This document shows positions 18,647-28,809 of a stretch of 64,000 bases of DNA, piece after piece. Position 1 is the first letter of the stretch. Each line of letters begins with the position of its first letter. A program made the position numbers and the translations under genes. Under the pieces are notes generated by a model, which worked only from the letters and a program-made list of their open reading frames with translations, had not been told where the DNA came from and did not search any database. The stretch is taken from contig CAVTNR010000019.1 in assembly GCA_963736115.1 (NCBI GenBank), positions 14,914 to 78,913 of the forward strand. Reading direction: 5' to 3'. This stretch comes from an uncultured bacterium. Lineage in GTDB: Bacteria; Zhuqueibacterota; QNDG01; DTFT01.

Positions 18647-18889
18647 ATGCTGGACAAAGAGAAATTCAAAGAGATCATCGTGGATCGTTTGGGCGTGGAT
18701 CCGAACGAGATCACACCGCAGGCCTCTTTCGTCGACGACCTGGGCGCCGATTCCCTCGATACCGTGGAACTCGTCATGGCGTTTGAGGAGGAATTCGACA
18801 TCGAGATTCCCGACGAGGACGCCGAGAAGCTCACGTCCGTGGGCAAGGCCATGGAGTACCTGGAAAAGCGGATGGCCGAGAAGAAGTAA
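18647..18889 (+). CDS. acpP: Acyl carrier protein
   Basis: [35 protein letters not shown] with the phosphopantetheine Ser in DSLD. It is the 3' part of ORF 17774..18889, starting at ATG 18647. Confidence 0.9.
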   Translation: MLDKEKFKEIIVDRLGVDPNEITPQASFVDDLGADSLDTVELVMAFEEEFDIEIPDEDAEKLTSVGKAMEYLEKRMAEKK

Positions 18890-19034
18890 TCCGCGTTTTT
18901 GTGTCCGTTTTTTCCATTTGAAGTGATGACAGGGGCCGTCCGAAGGGTCTTCGGCCGCGCCTCCGCGGCGGTTCGCCGGTTCCGCGGGGGATGAGGCCTT
19001 TCCGGACGGCCCCGAACAGTCGGAGGATGGTGCT

Positions 19035-20279
19035 ATGCGACAACGCCGGGTCGTGGTGACCGGTATGGGCGTGGTGACGCCGATCGGGAACACGGTCGAC
19101 GCTTTCTGGAAAGGACTGACCTCAGGCGCGAACGGCGCCGGCCCCCTGACGCGGTTCCCCGTCGAGGGCCACGATACGAAATTCGCGTGCGAGGTCAAGG
19201 GATTCGATGTCTCCGCATGGCTGGACCCGAAGGAGGCGCGGCGGATGGATATATTCGCGCAATACGGGTTCGCCGCCGGATGCCAGGCCGTGGCCGATTC
19301 GGGCCTCGATCCCGCGAATATGGATCCCACACGCGCCGGCGTGATCGTCAGCTCGGGCATCGGCGGCATGTGCACCTACGACACCGAGCACCGCAAGCTC
19401 ATCGAGAAGGGGCCCGGCCGGGTCAGCCCCTTTTTCATCCCCATGCTCATCGGCGACATCGTGACCGGGCACTTGTCCATCCGGTTCGGGTTCCGCGGGC
19501 CGAATTACGCGACGGTCTCCGCCTGCGCCTCGGGCGCCCACGGCATCGGGGCCGCGATGATGCACATCGAACGCGGGGACGCCGACGTGATGGTCGCCGG
19601 GGGCAACGAGGCCGTCATCACGCCTATCGCCATAGCCGGCTTCAACAACATGAAGGCGCTGTCCGTGCGGAACGACGACCCCCTGCACGCCAGCCGGCCC
19701 TTCGACCGGGAGCGGGACGGATTCGTCATGGGCGAGGGCGCGGGCGTCCTGATTCTGGAGGAGCTCGAGCACGCCCGCAGCCGCGGCGCGCGCATTTACG
19801 CGGAGCTCGGCGGCTTCGGGTTCACGGCAGACGCCTATCATATCACCGCGCCGGACGAGAAAGGCACCGGGGCGACGGAGGTCATGCGGGCGGCCCTCCG
19901 GAGCGCGGAGTTGAACCCGGAGGACATCGATTACGTCAACGCCCACGGCACCTCGACGCCGCTGAACGACAAAACGGAAACCCTGGCCGTGAAGAACGTC
20001 TTCGGAGGCCATACGAAGAAGCTCTGGGTCTCGTCGAACAAATCCATGATCGGGCACCTGCTCGGCGCCTCAGGAGCGGTCGAGGCCGTGGCCACGGTGA
20101 TGACGCTCGTGCACGGCACAGTGCCGCCGACCATCAATTATTCGGTTCCGGACCCGGAACTGGATCTGGATTACGTTCCCAATACGGCGCGCGAGCGCAA
20201 GGTGCGCGCGGCCATCTCCAACTCGTTCGGCTTCGGCGGGCACAACGCGTGCCTCTGTCTGAAGGCCTGGAACGGGTGA
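19035..20279 (+). CDS. fabF: 3-oxoacyl-ACP synthase II
   Basis: RRVVVTGMGVVTP ... ATVSACASGAH ... NAHGTSTP ... SNSFGFGGHNA. Confidence 0.9.
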   Translation: MRQRRVVVTGMGVVTPIGNTVDAFWKGLTSGANGAGPLTRFPVEGHDTKFACEVKGFDVSAWLDPKEARRMDIFAQYGFAAGCQAVADSGLDPANMDPTRAGVIVSSGIGGMCTYDTEHRKLIEKGPGRVSPFFIPMLIGDIVTGHLSIRFGFRGPNYATVSACASGAHGIGAAMMHIERGDADVMVAGGNEAVITPIAIAGFNNMKALSVRNDDPLHASRPFDRERDGFVMGEGAGVLILEELEHARSRGARIYAELGGFGFTADAYHITAPDEKGTGATEVMRAALRSAELNPEDIDYVNAHGTSTPLNDKTETLAVKNVFGGHTKKLWVSSNKSMIGHLLGASGAVEAVATVMTLVHGTVPPTINYSVPDPELDLDYVPNTARERKVRAAISNSFGFGGHNACLCLKAWNG

Positions 20280-20310
20280 ACCGTCATCCCCTAAGCGCAT
20301 CGGTCCTGAT

Positions 20311-21126
20311 TTGATCCCTCTGATCCGACGCATACGGGCCGCGTTCCGGAAAAAACCGGCCGGCCCGCCGCCCCCGGGCCGCGTCCCGGACCGGGGACGG
20401 AAACCGCCCGCTCCGGCCGTGTTGCAGCGACGCGGCCCCCTGTCCGCATCCGGCCTGGCATCGCGCCTGGAATACCGGTTCCGCGACCCCTCGCACCTGG
20501 AGCGCGCGCTGTCCCACCGGTCCTGCCTCGCCAAGAACCGCCACACCTCCGCGTCCAACGAGCGGCTCGAATTTCTCGGGGACGCGGTGCTCGGCCTGCT
20601 CATGAGCGAGGAACTGTACCGCCGGTTCCCGGACGGGAGCGAGGGCACTCTGACGCGGGTGAAATCGCACGTCGTGAGCCGCGAGCGGCTCGCCGAGGAG
20701 GCGCTTCGCATCGGACTCGGCGACGCACTCATTCTCGGCCCGGGCGAGGAGCAGTCCGGTGGCCGCAGGAGGCATTCGATTCTCGCGGACGGGTACGAGG
20801 CCCTGCTGGGCGCCATTTATCTGGACGGCGGCATCGAGGCCGCGAGGCGCTTCACGTCGGGCGGGCTTTTCAAACGCATCGGCAAGTTCATGGACTACAA
20901 GCAGCAGCAGAACTACAAGAGCTGGCTGCTCGAGCACGTCCAGGGCGATGGCGGCCGGGCCCCGCTGTACCGGGTGGCGTCCGAGTCCGGGCCGGACCAC
21001 GCGAAGGTTTTCACGATCGACGTGGTCGTCCGGTCGCAGGTGGTGGGGTCGGGCAGCGGGAACAGCAAGAAAAGGGCGGAGCAGGCGGCCGCGAAAAACG
21101 CGCTGGAGCGCATGGGCCTTCTGTAG
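20311..21126 (+). CDS. rnc: Ribonuclease III (N-terminal extent uncertain)
   Basis: NERLEFLGDAVLGLLMSEELY signature and C-terminal dsRBD (GPDHAKVFTIDVVV ... GNSKKRAEQAAAKNALE). A Pro/Arg-rich leader suggests the real start may be GTG 20419. Confidence 0.85.
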   Translation: MIPLIRRIRAAFRKKPAGPPPPGRVPDRGRKPPAPAVLQRRGPLSASGLASRLEYRFRDPSHLERALSHRSCLAKNRHTSASNERLEFLGDAVLGLLMSEELYRRFPDGSEGTLTRVKSHVVSRERLAEEALRIGLGDALILGPGEEQSGGRRRHSILADGYEALLGAIYLDGGIEAARRFTSGGLFKRIGKFMDYKQQQNYKSWLLEHVQGDGGRAPLYRVASESGPDHAKVFTIDVVVRSQVVGSGSGNSKKRAEQAAAKNALERMGLL

Positions 21127-21214
21127 GTCCGCGGCTTCCGCCGCGCAAATCCCCTCCCGCGCGCTCGCGCCCGAGGGAAGACGGGCATCCGAATACAACA
21201 CAGGAGGCGTTTGA

Positions 21215-22375
<1,161 letters not shown>

Positions 22376-22405
22376 TCCGTTCGGTCTGAAGGCGCCGGGG
22401 TTCAC

Positions 22406-22441
22406 GTGCGACGCACCTTCAGGTGCGTCGCACCTTTTTTA
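22406..22441 (+). terminator. Rho-independent terminator after the acyl-CoA dehydrogenase gene
   Basis: GTGCGACGCACC-ttca-GGTGCGTCGCAC followed by CTTTTTTAT. Confidence 0.75.
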
Positions 22442-22638
22442 TCATGCGGATCCGATTGCCGGCGCGGTCACGAACGGAGTTCAGTCCGGCGTATGAGACA
22501 GCCGTTTATTCCTGTTGCCTTTGCCGCCTCTGTTTATTATATTTTTGGAAAATGCGGGGTTCCGGGCCGGACCGGCGCCGGGAATCCCGGAACGGTTTCC
22601 AGTCCGGCACTCCATTATCCTTCGAACGGAAACGACAC

Positions 22639-24204
22639 TTGAAAAAGAAATCCATTCTTCTCATCCTTGTTCCTGTTCTGCTGCACGGCCAATCCGCGAA
22701 CCTCCCGTTGGGCCACTGGGCGTACGGATTCATCGAGCGCATGGAGGCGAAGGGCCTGGTCTCGGATTTTCACGCCGGCACCCGGCCCTACAGCCGAAGC
22801 CGGGCGGCCGCGATTGCGGTCGAACTCTCCAGTGCCGCGGCCGCGGATCCCGGTGTGTTGTCGTCCACGGAAGAGGCTTACCTCGAGCGGTTGAAGGGGG
22901 AACTTGCGGACGAGCTCTCGGGGACCGGCGTCAGGATCGAGGCATCCGAGCGGGAGCCGCATCTGGCTTCGTGGCACTGGGAAGATTCCCGCCTCCATCT
23001 CGACGCTCTGGCCGGCGGCGGCGTGTGGCTCCGGTCCGGCGGCGCGGCCGAGGCCGAGCGGCGTGTGGTTCAGCCGTATTACGGCGCGGCCGCCAGGGGC
23101 CGGATCGGGGGCGTCGCATTCTATTCCGACAACCGCATCTTCGCGGAATGGGGGAGCGGACAGTACGGGCAGAATTACGACGCTTCGCTCGGGTATCCCA
23201 GGAACGCGGAACTGGATTCGAGCCGGGCCACCTGGGACAAATCGGAAAGTTATTTCACTCTCGGGATAAGGGGCATCGGATTCGAATACGGAAGGGGCAA
23301 TACCGCCTGGGGTCCGTGCCCGGACGGCGGACTCATGTTCTCCGGCCTGGCGCCGGCCATGGACATGCTCCGGCTCACATACGACGCGGGTCCGGTGTTC
23401 CTCACGTGGTTCCACGGACAGGTCCGCGGCCAGCCGGACCGCAAATGGGTATCCGGTCACCGCGTCGAGTTTTCGCCGTTCCGGGGCGCGTCCTTCGGCC
23501 TGCATGACGCCGTGGTGTACGCGGACCGCGGGCTCGAGCCCGCTTATCTCAATCCGGTCATGCCCTTCGTGTTTTCCCAGCATTCCCTGGGCGACCGCGA
23601 CAATGTGGTTTTCGGCCTGGACGCGGCCTATAGCCGGATCCGCGGCCTGAAGCTGTACGGTGAAATGCTCGTGGATGATTTCACCTCGCCGTGGGGTCTG
23701 TTTTCCGACACCTGGTCGAACAAGATCGCGTTCACGGCAGGCGGCCTGTGGGCGGATCCGGCCGGTGTGCGGGACAGCCAGCTCAGGCTGGAATACACGC
23801 GCATCGATCCATTCGTCTACACCCATCGTTTTCCGTCCAACGTGTTCGAGAATTACGACAGCGGCCTGGGTTCGGACCTTCAGCCGAATTCCGACCGTCT
23901 GAAGCTCCGATGGGAGCACTGGTTCGGCATTTGCGTGCGGGCCGGAGCGTCCGGGCGTATCGAGCGGCACGGGAACGGCGATCGACGGACATCGCATACC
24001 GAAGCGGACGGGGACGTGAAGCGGTTTCTGAAGGGCACGGTGGAGCGCAAGGCCGCGGCATCCGTCCATATGGAGTTGGAGCCGATGCGCGATATGGTGT
24101 TCCGGCTCGAGGCCGGGAAGGTCGGCGTATGGAACCGCGGACTTGCCGAAGGTTCCGACGCATCCTGGAACGAACTGGTCCTGCGGGCGGCCTGGAATTG
24201 GTGA
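22639..24204 (+). CDS. Outer-membrane protein, capsule-assembly Wzi-like (tentative)
   Basis: TTG 22639 gives signal-like KKKSILLILVPVLLHGQ. LPLGHWAYGFIERMEAKGLV ... RPYSRSRAA resembles the N-terminal motif I recall for Wzi-family proteins. The rest is beta-rich and ends in aromatic residues (AAWNW). Confidence 0.45.
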   Translation: MKKKSILLILVPVLLHGQSANLPLGHWAYGFIERMEAKGLVSDFHAGTRPYSRSRAAAIAVELSSAAAADPGVLSSTEEAYLERLKGELADELSGTGVRIEASEREPHLASWHWEDSRLHLDALAGGGVWLRSGGAAEAERRVVQPYYGAAARGRIGGVAFYSDNRIFAEWGSGQYGQNYDASLGYPRNAELDSSRATWDKSESYFTLGIRGIGFEYGRGNTAWGPCPDGGLMFSGLAPAMDMLRLTYDAGPVFLTWFHGQVRGQPDRKWVSGHRVEFSPFRGASFGLHDAVVYADRGLEPAYLNPVMPFVFSQHSLGDRDNVVFGLDAAYSRIRGLKLYGEMLVDDFTSPWGLFSDTWSNKIAFTAGGLWADPAGVRDSQLRLEYTRIDPFVYTHRFPSNVFENYDSGLGSDLQPNSDRLKLRWEHWFGICVRAGASGRIERHGNGDRRTSHTEADGDVKRFLKGTVERKAAASVHMELEPMRDMVFRLEAGKVGVWNRGLAEGSDASWNELVLRAAWNW

Positions 24205-24273
24205 TCGCGGATCTGCGGCGCCGAAGCCGTACGTCGTACGATCACTGGGGATCCGGATAAGGACAACCCATCG

Positions 24274-25002
24274 ATGCGGATTTCACCCCACATCCACGCT
24301 GTGACCGGTCTGGGCTTTATTCCTCCCTGGTCGGTGAACGCGGGATTCATCGTGGGAGCGGAACGGACCCTGGTTGTGGACACCGGGCCCTCCGCCAACG
24401 CGGCCCGGACCATACTGGGGTATGCCCGGGCAGTCCGTCCGTCGAACACCCTCCTCGCGGTCAATACGGAACGCCATACGGATCACATGCTCGGCAACGG
24501 TTTCTTCCGGGCAAACGGGATAGACGTGTACGGCCATCCTGCCATACACCGGACGGCCGCGGACCTCGCCGCGGAAATCGAGGAGCTGAACCGCTGCATA
24601 CCCCAGCCATTCCGCAGGGAGAGAGGCGAGGCGGCCGTGTTCTTCAACGGCACGACCGTCGAGAATCCGAACCGGCCCGTCGAAGCGGAAACGCTTCTGG
24701 ATCTCGGCGCCTGTGAGGCGCGGCTCATCCCCACGCCCGGGCATACAGCCTCGAATCTGTCGGTGTTCTGTCCGGCGGACGGCGTCCTTTTCTCGGGCGA
24801 CTGTGTGGTCGCGGGTTACGCCCCGAACCTGGACGATCCCGGAATGGACCGGCAGGCCTGGCTGGATTCACTGAACCTTCTGTCCGCGCTCCATGCGGCC
24901 GTGTTGATACCCGGCCACGGCGATGTCCTGACCGGAGACGCGGTGCTGGAGGGCATTGACCGGATGAAGAGGGAGATCGACGATCGTCTGAACCGGTCGT
25001 AA
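24274..25002 (+). CDS. MBL-fold metallo-hydrolase
   Basis: Variant HxHxDH (ERHTDHMLGN), TPGHTASN, GDCV, PGHGD. Confidence 0.8.
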   Translation: MRISPHIHAVTGLGFIPPWSVNAGFIVGAERTLVVDTGPSANAARTILGYARAVRPSNTLLAVNTERHTDHMLGNGFFRANGIDVYGHPAIHRTAADLAAEIEELNRCIPQPFRRERGEAAVFFNGTTVENPNRPVEAETLLDLGACEARLIPTPGHTASNLSVFCPADGVLFSGDCVVAGYAPNLDDPGMDRQAWLDSLNLLSALHAAVLIPGHGDVLTGDAVLEGIDRMKREIDDRLNRS

Positions 25003-25056
25003 GCGCCGGACACCTTCAAGTTGCCTGGCACCTGCGCCTGGCGTTTAAAAATTCCC

Positions 25057-25085
25057 TTGAGATCACATCGATTCCTTCGTACATT
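25057..25085 (+). promoter_or_regulatory. Sigma70-like promoter candidate upstream of ndk-like gene
   Basis: TTGAGA, 17-nt spacer, TACATT, 46 nt before ATG 25132. Confidence 0.3.
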
Positions 25086-25131
25086 GTGGCCGTTGATTTG
25101 AAATTATCCGGATCATTGAAAGGAACAAGGA

Positions 25132-25866
25132 ATGCAGGAGAAAGAGCTGGAGCAGACACTGGTGCTCATCAAGCCCGACGCATTGAAGAACTCTTTGACC
25201 GGATACGTGCTTTCGCAATTGTCCGAGTTCCACACCGGCCTGCGCTTCGCGGGAGCGAAAATCGTGCAGGTGAGCAAAATGCTCGCTGAGGAGCATTATG
25301 CCGAGCACCGCGGCAAGTTGTTCTTCCCCGCGCTCCTTGAATACCTCACGGGATGCGTCCACTACCCGGATGCGCCGGCCCTCAGGCGCGTCGTCGCGTT
25401 CGTGTATCAGGGGCCGGGCGCGATCCAGAAGATCCGGGACCTCGCGGGCCCGACCAATCCGCACGTCGCGCGCGAGAAGAAACCCGGGTGCGTCCGGGCG
25501 CTGGGCACCCTGGTACCCCTCAAGTCCACGGACGGACAGACCATCGGCGAGCGCATGGACAACCTGATCCACGCCTCGGCAACGGCGCCCGAGGCCGAGC
25601 GGGAGATCAAGCTGTGGTTCAAGCCCAACGACATACCGCCGCCCATGCGTGAATACAAGTCCGTACAGTGTGATGAGCATTTCTATTTCAGGGACGGCCG
25701 ACTGTACCGGAAACACGAAACGGGTTCCGTCTGCCTGCTCGCGCCCGGAGACGCGGTGTGGACCTCGGATCTGGAGGCACTGCACAAAATCGCCGAAGGC
25801 CGTGAGGCGCACTGCACACTGCAGGCCGTTGCCGCGAAGTATCTCATCAATGAGACGAGGGAATAG
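25132..25866 (+). CDS. ndk: Divergent nucleoside-diphosphate kinase-like protein with C-terminal extension
   Basis: TLVLIKPDAL ... AEEHYAEHRGKLFFPALLEYLTG ... IRDLAGPTNP ... NLIHASA (canonical N-x-x-H-G-S-D altered to HASA). 244 aa versus the usual roughly 140-150. Confidence 0.65.
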   Translation: MQEKELEQTLVLIKPDALKNSLTGYVLSQLSEFHTGLRFAGAKIVQVSKMLAEEHYAEHRGKLFFPALLEYLTGCVHYPDAPALRRVVAFVYQGPGAIQKIRDLAGPTNPHVAREKKPGCVRALGTLVPLKSTDGQTIGERMDNLIHASATAPEAEREIKLWFKPNDIPPPMREYKSVQCDEHFYFRDGRLYRKHETGSVCLLAPGDAVWTSDLEALHKIAEGREAHCTLQAVAAKYLINETRE

Positions 25867-25873
25867 AATAACA

Positions 25874-26008
25874 GTTCATGGTTCATAGTTCATAGTTCAT
25901 AAAAAAAGCTTCCGGGAATCTGAAATATCCGGGAGCTTTTTCTGTTTTTCTTATGAACCATGAACTATGAACTATGAAATATGAACTATGAACTATGAAC
26001 TATGAACT
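25874..26008. repeat. GTTCATR heptad inverted array bracketing a terminator hairpin
   Basis: Left arm gttcatg gttcata gttcata gttcat (25874-25900). Right arm has eight units tatgaac catgaac tatgaac tatgaaa tatgaac x4 (25953-26008). Confidence 0.8.
25901..25949. terminator. Bidirectional rho-independent terminator between convergent ndk-like and DinB genes
   Basis: AAAAAAAGCTTCCGG-gaatctgaaatat-CCGGGAGCTTTTTCTGTTTTT. Confidence 0.6.
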
Positions 26009-26015
26009 TCTCTCC

Positions 26016-26543
26016 TCACCTCCCCGCAATCCTTTCCGCAGCCTGCTCGAGATGCATTTTCTGATGAGAAACGTACGCGGGGATCAGTTCCCTGAGCGTC
26101 ACCGGAGATTCCGAGCCTTCGGTCCATGCGTGATTCAGGGCATCCGGCCGCACCCGTCGGAGCAAACGCACGATGTGCAGGTTCAATGCGGACCACAGGT
26201 CAATGAGACGGATCCAGTCCCCGTCCCGGTACCCTTGAATCGCCACCCATTCCTCATTGTGCCGGGTGTAGTCCGGAAAAGACAGTTCTTTGGCATATTG
26301 AAGGCGGACGAAGCGCTGGATGTTGTTCCCAGCCGAGTCCGTGAGATGGCCGATGATTTCCTTGACGGACCACCGTTCCTCGCTCTCCTTCGCGGAGACG
26401 CCGCTATCGGGCCATCCGTACAGGACCGGCCGCCAATGACCGACCAGTTCCTCGAGTTCATCCGCGGTTTTCAGCACGTTGTCCATTTTTACGCGAATCC
26501 TCCGATGATCGGACGCATCACGGCCTGAGCAGTAGGTCCGCAA
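26016..26543 (-). CDS. DinB-family (DinB_2) protein
   Basis: ...WSVKEIIGHLTDSAGNNIQRF ... SHQKMHLEQA. A four-helix His-triad style pattern. 175 aa. Confidence 0.65.
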   Translation of the reverse strand: MRTYCSGRDASDHRRIRVKMDNVLKTADELEELVGHWRPVLYGWPDSGVSAKESEERWSVKEIIGHLTDSAGNNIQRFVRLQYAKELSFPDYTRHNEEWVAIQGYRDGDWIRLIDLWSALNLHIVRLLRRVRPDALNHAWTEGSESPVTLRELIPAYVSHQKMHLEQAAERIAGR

Positions 26544-26868
26544 CGAGGGCCGCGAACAACAGACCGAATCCCAGGCCGGCCATCCAGAATATGGCTTTCT
26601 GCCGCGCCGCCATGATCCGGACCGTCAACGTGAGGGCCTCCACCTGTTCAGCGAGTTGTTTGACCAGTTCCGCGTCCCTGCGGTCATGCGCCTCCAGCGC
26701 GGAAATCCGTTCCCGGAGCGAGGCGGTCTCATCCGAGGCCGATCCGTCCTTCCGGCCGCGCGTCGTACCCAGGAGAAGCGCTTCCGCCATCTGGACCAGC
26801 AGGGGCGCGCGCTTGAGCAGAGCCGGCCAGGGGATGGACACGAGCGTTTTGAACAGGGGAAGAGACAT
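26518..26868 (-). CDS. Hypothetical coiled-coil protein with C-terminal transmembrane anchor
   Basis: I use internal Met (MSLPLFKTL...) because the ORF-track N-terminus is encoded by a REP hairpin. Contains LRERISALEAHDRRDAELVKQLAEQVEALTLTV, then AIFWMAGLGFGLLFAALVADLLL. Overlaps the DinB gene by 26 nt. Confidence 0.4.
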   Translation of the reverse strand: MSLPLFKTLVSIPWPALLKRAPLLVQMAEALLLGTTRGRKDGSASDETASLRERISALEAHDRRDAELVKQLAEQVEALTLTVRIMAARQKAIFWMAGLGFGLLFAALVADLLLRP

Positions 26869-26918
26869 TGAAATCAAACCTCCATGCGGGGCGGCCGTTC
26901 TTTTAGGCCCGACGCATT

Positions 26919-26966
26919 GTCCGAAAGCCTCGCCCCGCAAAGCGGGGCTCGGCATTTCGGATCTGC
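26919..26966 (+). repeat. REP hairpin copy
   Basis: GTCCGAAAGCCTCGCCCCgcaaagcGGGGCTCGGCATTTCGGATCTGC. Confidence 0.75.
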
Positions 26967-27025
26967 ATTCCTTAACGGTTGCATTGTCCTGTAATCCGCC
27001 GCTCCCGGGATAAGGGCGTCCGGGC

Positions 27026-28525
27026 TCAGCGCCGTCTGCTACGGCCGTCGCGCCTTCCGTCTCGGCTGTCCCTCCGGGGTCCCCGTCCGGCCGGCTTCAC
27101 TTCTGTCTGGTATGACTTTTCCGCGGCCGGTGTATCCGACGGACGCGGAACGGGCGCATGGAGCAGCTGCTGATAATAATCGTCGAGCAGCATGGCGACC
27201 ACCGCCGATTCCTCCTCGTTCTCGGCCAGGCTGCGGGCGAGCGGCACGAAACGCAGGCTGCGTTCCGCCTGCAGTTTGTCCCGGTCGCGAAGCCGCGCCT
27301 CGAGCAGGGCCGTCAGCCGCTCGGCCACGATGTTCTCGACGTCCGCGTCTGTCGGAAGCGGACGCTCATTCATCTCGATGCCGTACCGCTTCGCGATCCG
27401 GTCGAGGTCGAACCGCTCGAGCGTCGTGACGAACGAAACGGCCGTGCCGGCCGCGCCCGCCCGTCCGGTTCTTCCGGAACGGTGGATGTATCCCTCCGGA
27501 TCCTCAGGCGGCTCGTAATGAATGACGTGCGAGAGGTCCGGGATATCGAGGCCCCGGGCGGCGACGTCCGTGGCCACCAGGAAGCGGAGCGTACCGCCGC
27601 GCACGCGGTCCAGGACGCGTTCGCGGTCGTTCTGCGAGAGGTCGGCGCTCAGCTCGTCCGCGTCATAGCCGTACCGCTGGAGCAACACGGACACGAAATG
27701 GACGCGGGTCTTGGTGTTGCAGAACACGATGGCGGAGGTGGGATTCTCGATTTCGATGAAACGGACCAGACTGCGCTCCTTGTCCATCGGCGGAACCGTG
27801 TAGAATACGTGCTCGGTGTCGGTGACGTGGACGTGGTCGCGGCTCAGACTGAGGAATTCGGGCTGGTGCAGGAATTCGGCCGCGGTGTGGATCACGTCCG
27901 AAGGGAAAGTGGCCGAGAACATGCAGGTGTGCACGGGCCGGTTCGGAAGGTGGCTCTGCACCTTCCGCATGTCCGGGTAGAAACCCATGGACAGCATGCG
28001 GTCGGCTTCGTCGAAAACCAGCATTTCCAGACGGTCCAGGGAGAAGGTCCGTCGGAGCAGGTGGTCGAGCACCCGGCCCGGGGTTCCGACCACGATATGC
28101 GCGCCTTTCTTCAGAGCGTCCGTCTGACTGCCGTACCCGACACCGCCGTACACGGCCACTGACCTAAGGCCCGCGGGCACGCACAGGGTCTCGGTTTCCC
28201 GGAACACCTGGACGGCCAGCTCGCGCGTGGGAACCATAATCAGGGCCTGGCAGCGGTCCTTGGAGGCGTCGAGCCGCTCGAGCATGGGAAGCAGAAAGGC
28301 GCCGGTCTTGCCGCTGCCGGTGCGTGCCTGTATCATCATGTCCTTCCGGGCCAGGAGATAGGGGATGCCTCGGGCCTGCACGGGCATGAGGGTGGTCCAT
28401 CCCGCGCGGCTCGCCGCTTCCCGGAGCAGGCTGGGAAGGGTTTCCACTGTCAGCTCAGGCAGGGATTCGGACGGTTCCATGCCTGTTGTTTGAGTCGTTT
28501 CGTTCAATGAATCCTCTCTTGTCAT
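27026..28525 (-). CDS. DEAD-box ATP-dependent RNA helicase with Arg-rich C-terminal tail
   Basis: Q-motif region, ARTGSGKTGAF, PTRELA, VFDEADRMLSMGF, SAT, HRSGRTGRAG. The tail ends RGPRRDSRDGRRDGRSRRR. Start taken at Met45 of the ORF-track product (MTREDSL). Confidence 0.9.
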   Translation of the reverse strand: MTREDSLNETTQTTGMEPSESLPELTVETLPSLLREAASRAGWTTLMPVQARGIPYLLARKDMMIQARTGSGKTGAFLLPMLERLDASKDRCQALIMVPTRELAVQVFRETETLCVPAGLRSVAVYGGVGYGSQTDALKKGAHIVVGTPGRVLDHLLRRTFSLDRLEMLVFDEADRMLSMGFYPDMRKVQSHLPNRPVHTCMFSATFPSDVIHTAAEFLHQPEFLSLSRDHVHVTDTEHVFYTVPPMDKERSLVRFIEIENPTSAIVFCNTKTRVHFVSVLLQRYGYDADELSADLSQNDRERVLDRVRGGTLRFLVATDVAARGLDIPDLSHVIHYEPPEDPEGYIHRSGRTGRAGAAGTAVSFVTTLERFDLDRIAKRYGIEMNERPLPTDADVENIVAERLTALLEARLRDRDKLQAERSLRFVPLARSLAENEEESAVVAMLLDDYYQQLLHAPVPRPSDTPAAEKSYQTEVKPAGRGPRRDSRDGRRDGRSRRR

Positions 28526-28710
28526 TGTATCGGGTTCGGCCTGCCGGGGCTCAACGGCCCAGTCAGAATTGTCGCCTATCTGGACAATATAAAGAAAGCA
28601 CGATGAAAGGTCAAATGAATATTCAATTTGCAGCGATATAGAGAGGGCCGGAGACAAGGCCTGCGGATTATGAAGATTTCGTCATAGATGTAAAATGAGT
28701 TTCGGTCATG

Positions 28711-28739
28711 TTGACTTTTCAGGCAGGATATATTATATT
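28711..28739 (+). promoter_or_regulatory. Near-consensus sigma70-like promoter upstream of the prepilin gene
   Basis: TTGACT (28711-28716), 17 nt, TATATT (28734-28739). The 5' leader contains hairpin CGGATCGGGctggctaCCCGATCCG. Confidence 0.5.
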
Positions 28740-28809
28740 TTTCACCATGCAATACCGGATCGGGCTGGCTACCCGATCCGCAGCACCGGGGAAAAGGAAA
28801 GGAATTCAC

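Noticed and set aside
25026-25042. Sigma54 promoter (TGGCAC) upstream of the ndk-like gene
   Set aside because: TGGCAC is followed after 5 nt by CCTGG rather than TTGC(A/T), so the -12 element is missing.
25874-26008. Possibility that the heptad arrays or other repeats are CRISPR arrays
   Set aside because: The repeat unit is only 7 nt and directly tandem, with no unique spacers of regular length. No cas genes are in the window.
26869-26955. First 29 codons of ORF 26518..26955
   Set aside because: They are encoded by the REP hairpin at 26919-26966. An internal Met was chosen instead.
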